Shown here piece by piece: positions 63,901 to 64,000 of a DNA stretch of 64,000 bases. The translations under genes and the position numbers were made by a program. Source of the DNA: Amphiscolops sp. MND2022 (taxonomy: Eukaryota); contig OZ076413.1 in assembly GCA_964187785.1 (NCBI GenBank), positions 73,036,001 to 73,100,000 on the forward strand, given 5' to 3'. The notes below the pieces were generated by a model. That model searched no databases. It was not told the origin of the DNA and saw only the letters and a list, made by a program, of their open reading frames with translations. Positions within the stretch are counted from its first letter, which is position 1; every line of letters starts with the position of its first letter.

Positions 63901-64000
63901 CAACATATGTCCGGAAAGAAATGCTTTTGCAAACTCGAATGCTCATAGGCCTCCCATTGTCTCCTACAGGCTGACCAACGGTCCATTGAAATGAGAGCGT
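61000..64000 (+). mobile_element. Second decayed Gypsy/Ty3 element (gag-protease-start of RT), runs off the window
   Basis: Gag-like KFELLENLFHTMIKMQP. Zinc knuckle CPTCGKKNHPAEKCW (~61890-61940). Protease-like GLIDNGT (~62645). RT PIFARNEPNGKFRLLVDLKK...HPVSTLTDAAQH (63770-63950). Confidence 0.92.

Noticed and set aside
1-64000. rRNA, tRNA or prokaryotic operons
   Set aside because: No rRNA- or tRNA-like sequence was recognised. The GTG/TTG starts in the ORF track are not meaningful in this eukaryotic context.

Overview
This is eukaryotic, almost certainly metazoan, DNA: it has spliceosomal introns, a class A GPCR exon, and Tc1, LINE and Gypsy elements. The Gypsy peptides resemble ones I recall from acoel flatworm genomes, but I cannot verify that. 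Nearly all of the window is transposon-derived and decayed. The main discovery is a ~17.2 kb DNA element at 4121-21285. It is bounded by an exact 20-bp terminal inverted repeat (CATTACAGTGCCAAAAGTGG), has a 2-bp TC flank on each side, and has palindromic GTGGAWTCCAC subterminal repeats. It carries (i) a disrupted RAG1/Transib/Chapaev-like transposase with a C-terminal BRCT-like domain, (ii) a spliced, disrupted gene fusing two zinc fingers to a KDM2/KDM7-type JmjC histone demethylase domain, enclosed by internal inverted repeats, (iii) orphan ORFs, and (iv) a recurrent 16-bp motif. Together these suggest, as inference, a giant transposon with its own sequence-targeted anti-silencing module. 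The rest of the window holds an 87-bp satellite next to a related element end, a piggyBac-like MITE, two IS630-Tc1-mariner remnants, a LINE split by a solo LTR, and a Gypsy element with an antisense gene and a ~2 kb LTR. It also has two tandem decayed env-like glycoprotein units, a 774-bp MITE and a second Gypsy running off the end. Three recent 1.3-1.8 kb tandem duplications all have microhomology junctions. All calls are by-eye motif recognition; coordinates of decayed features are approximate.
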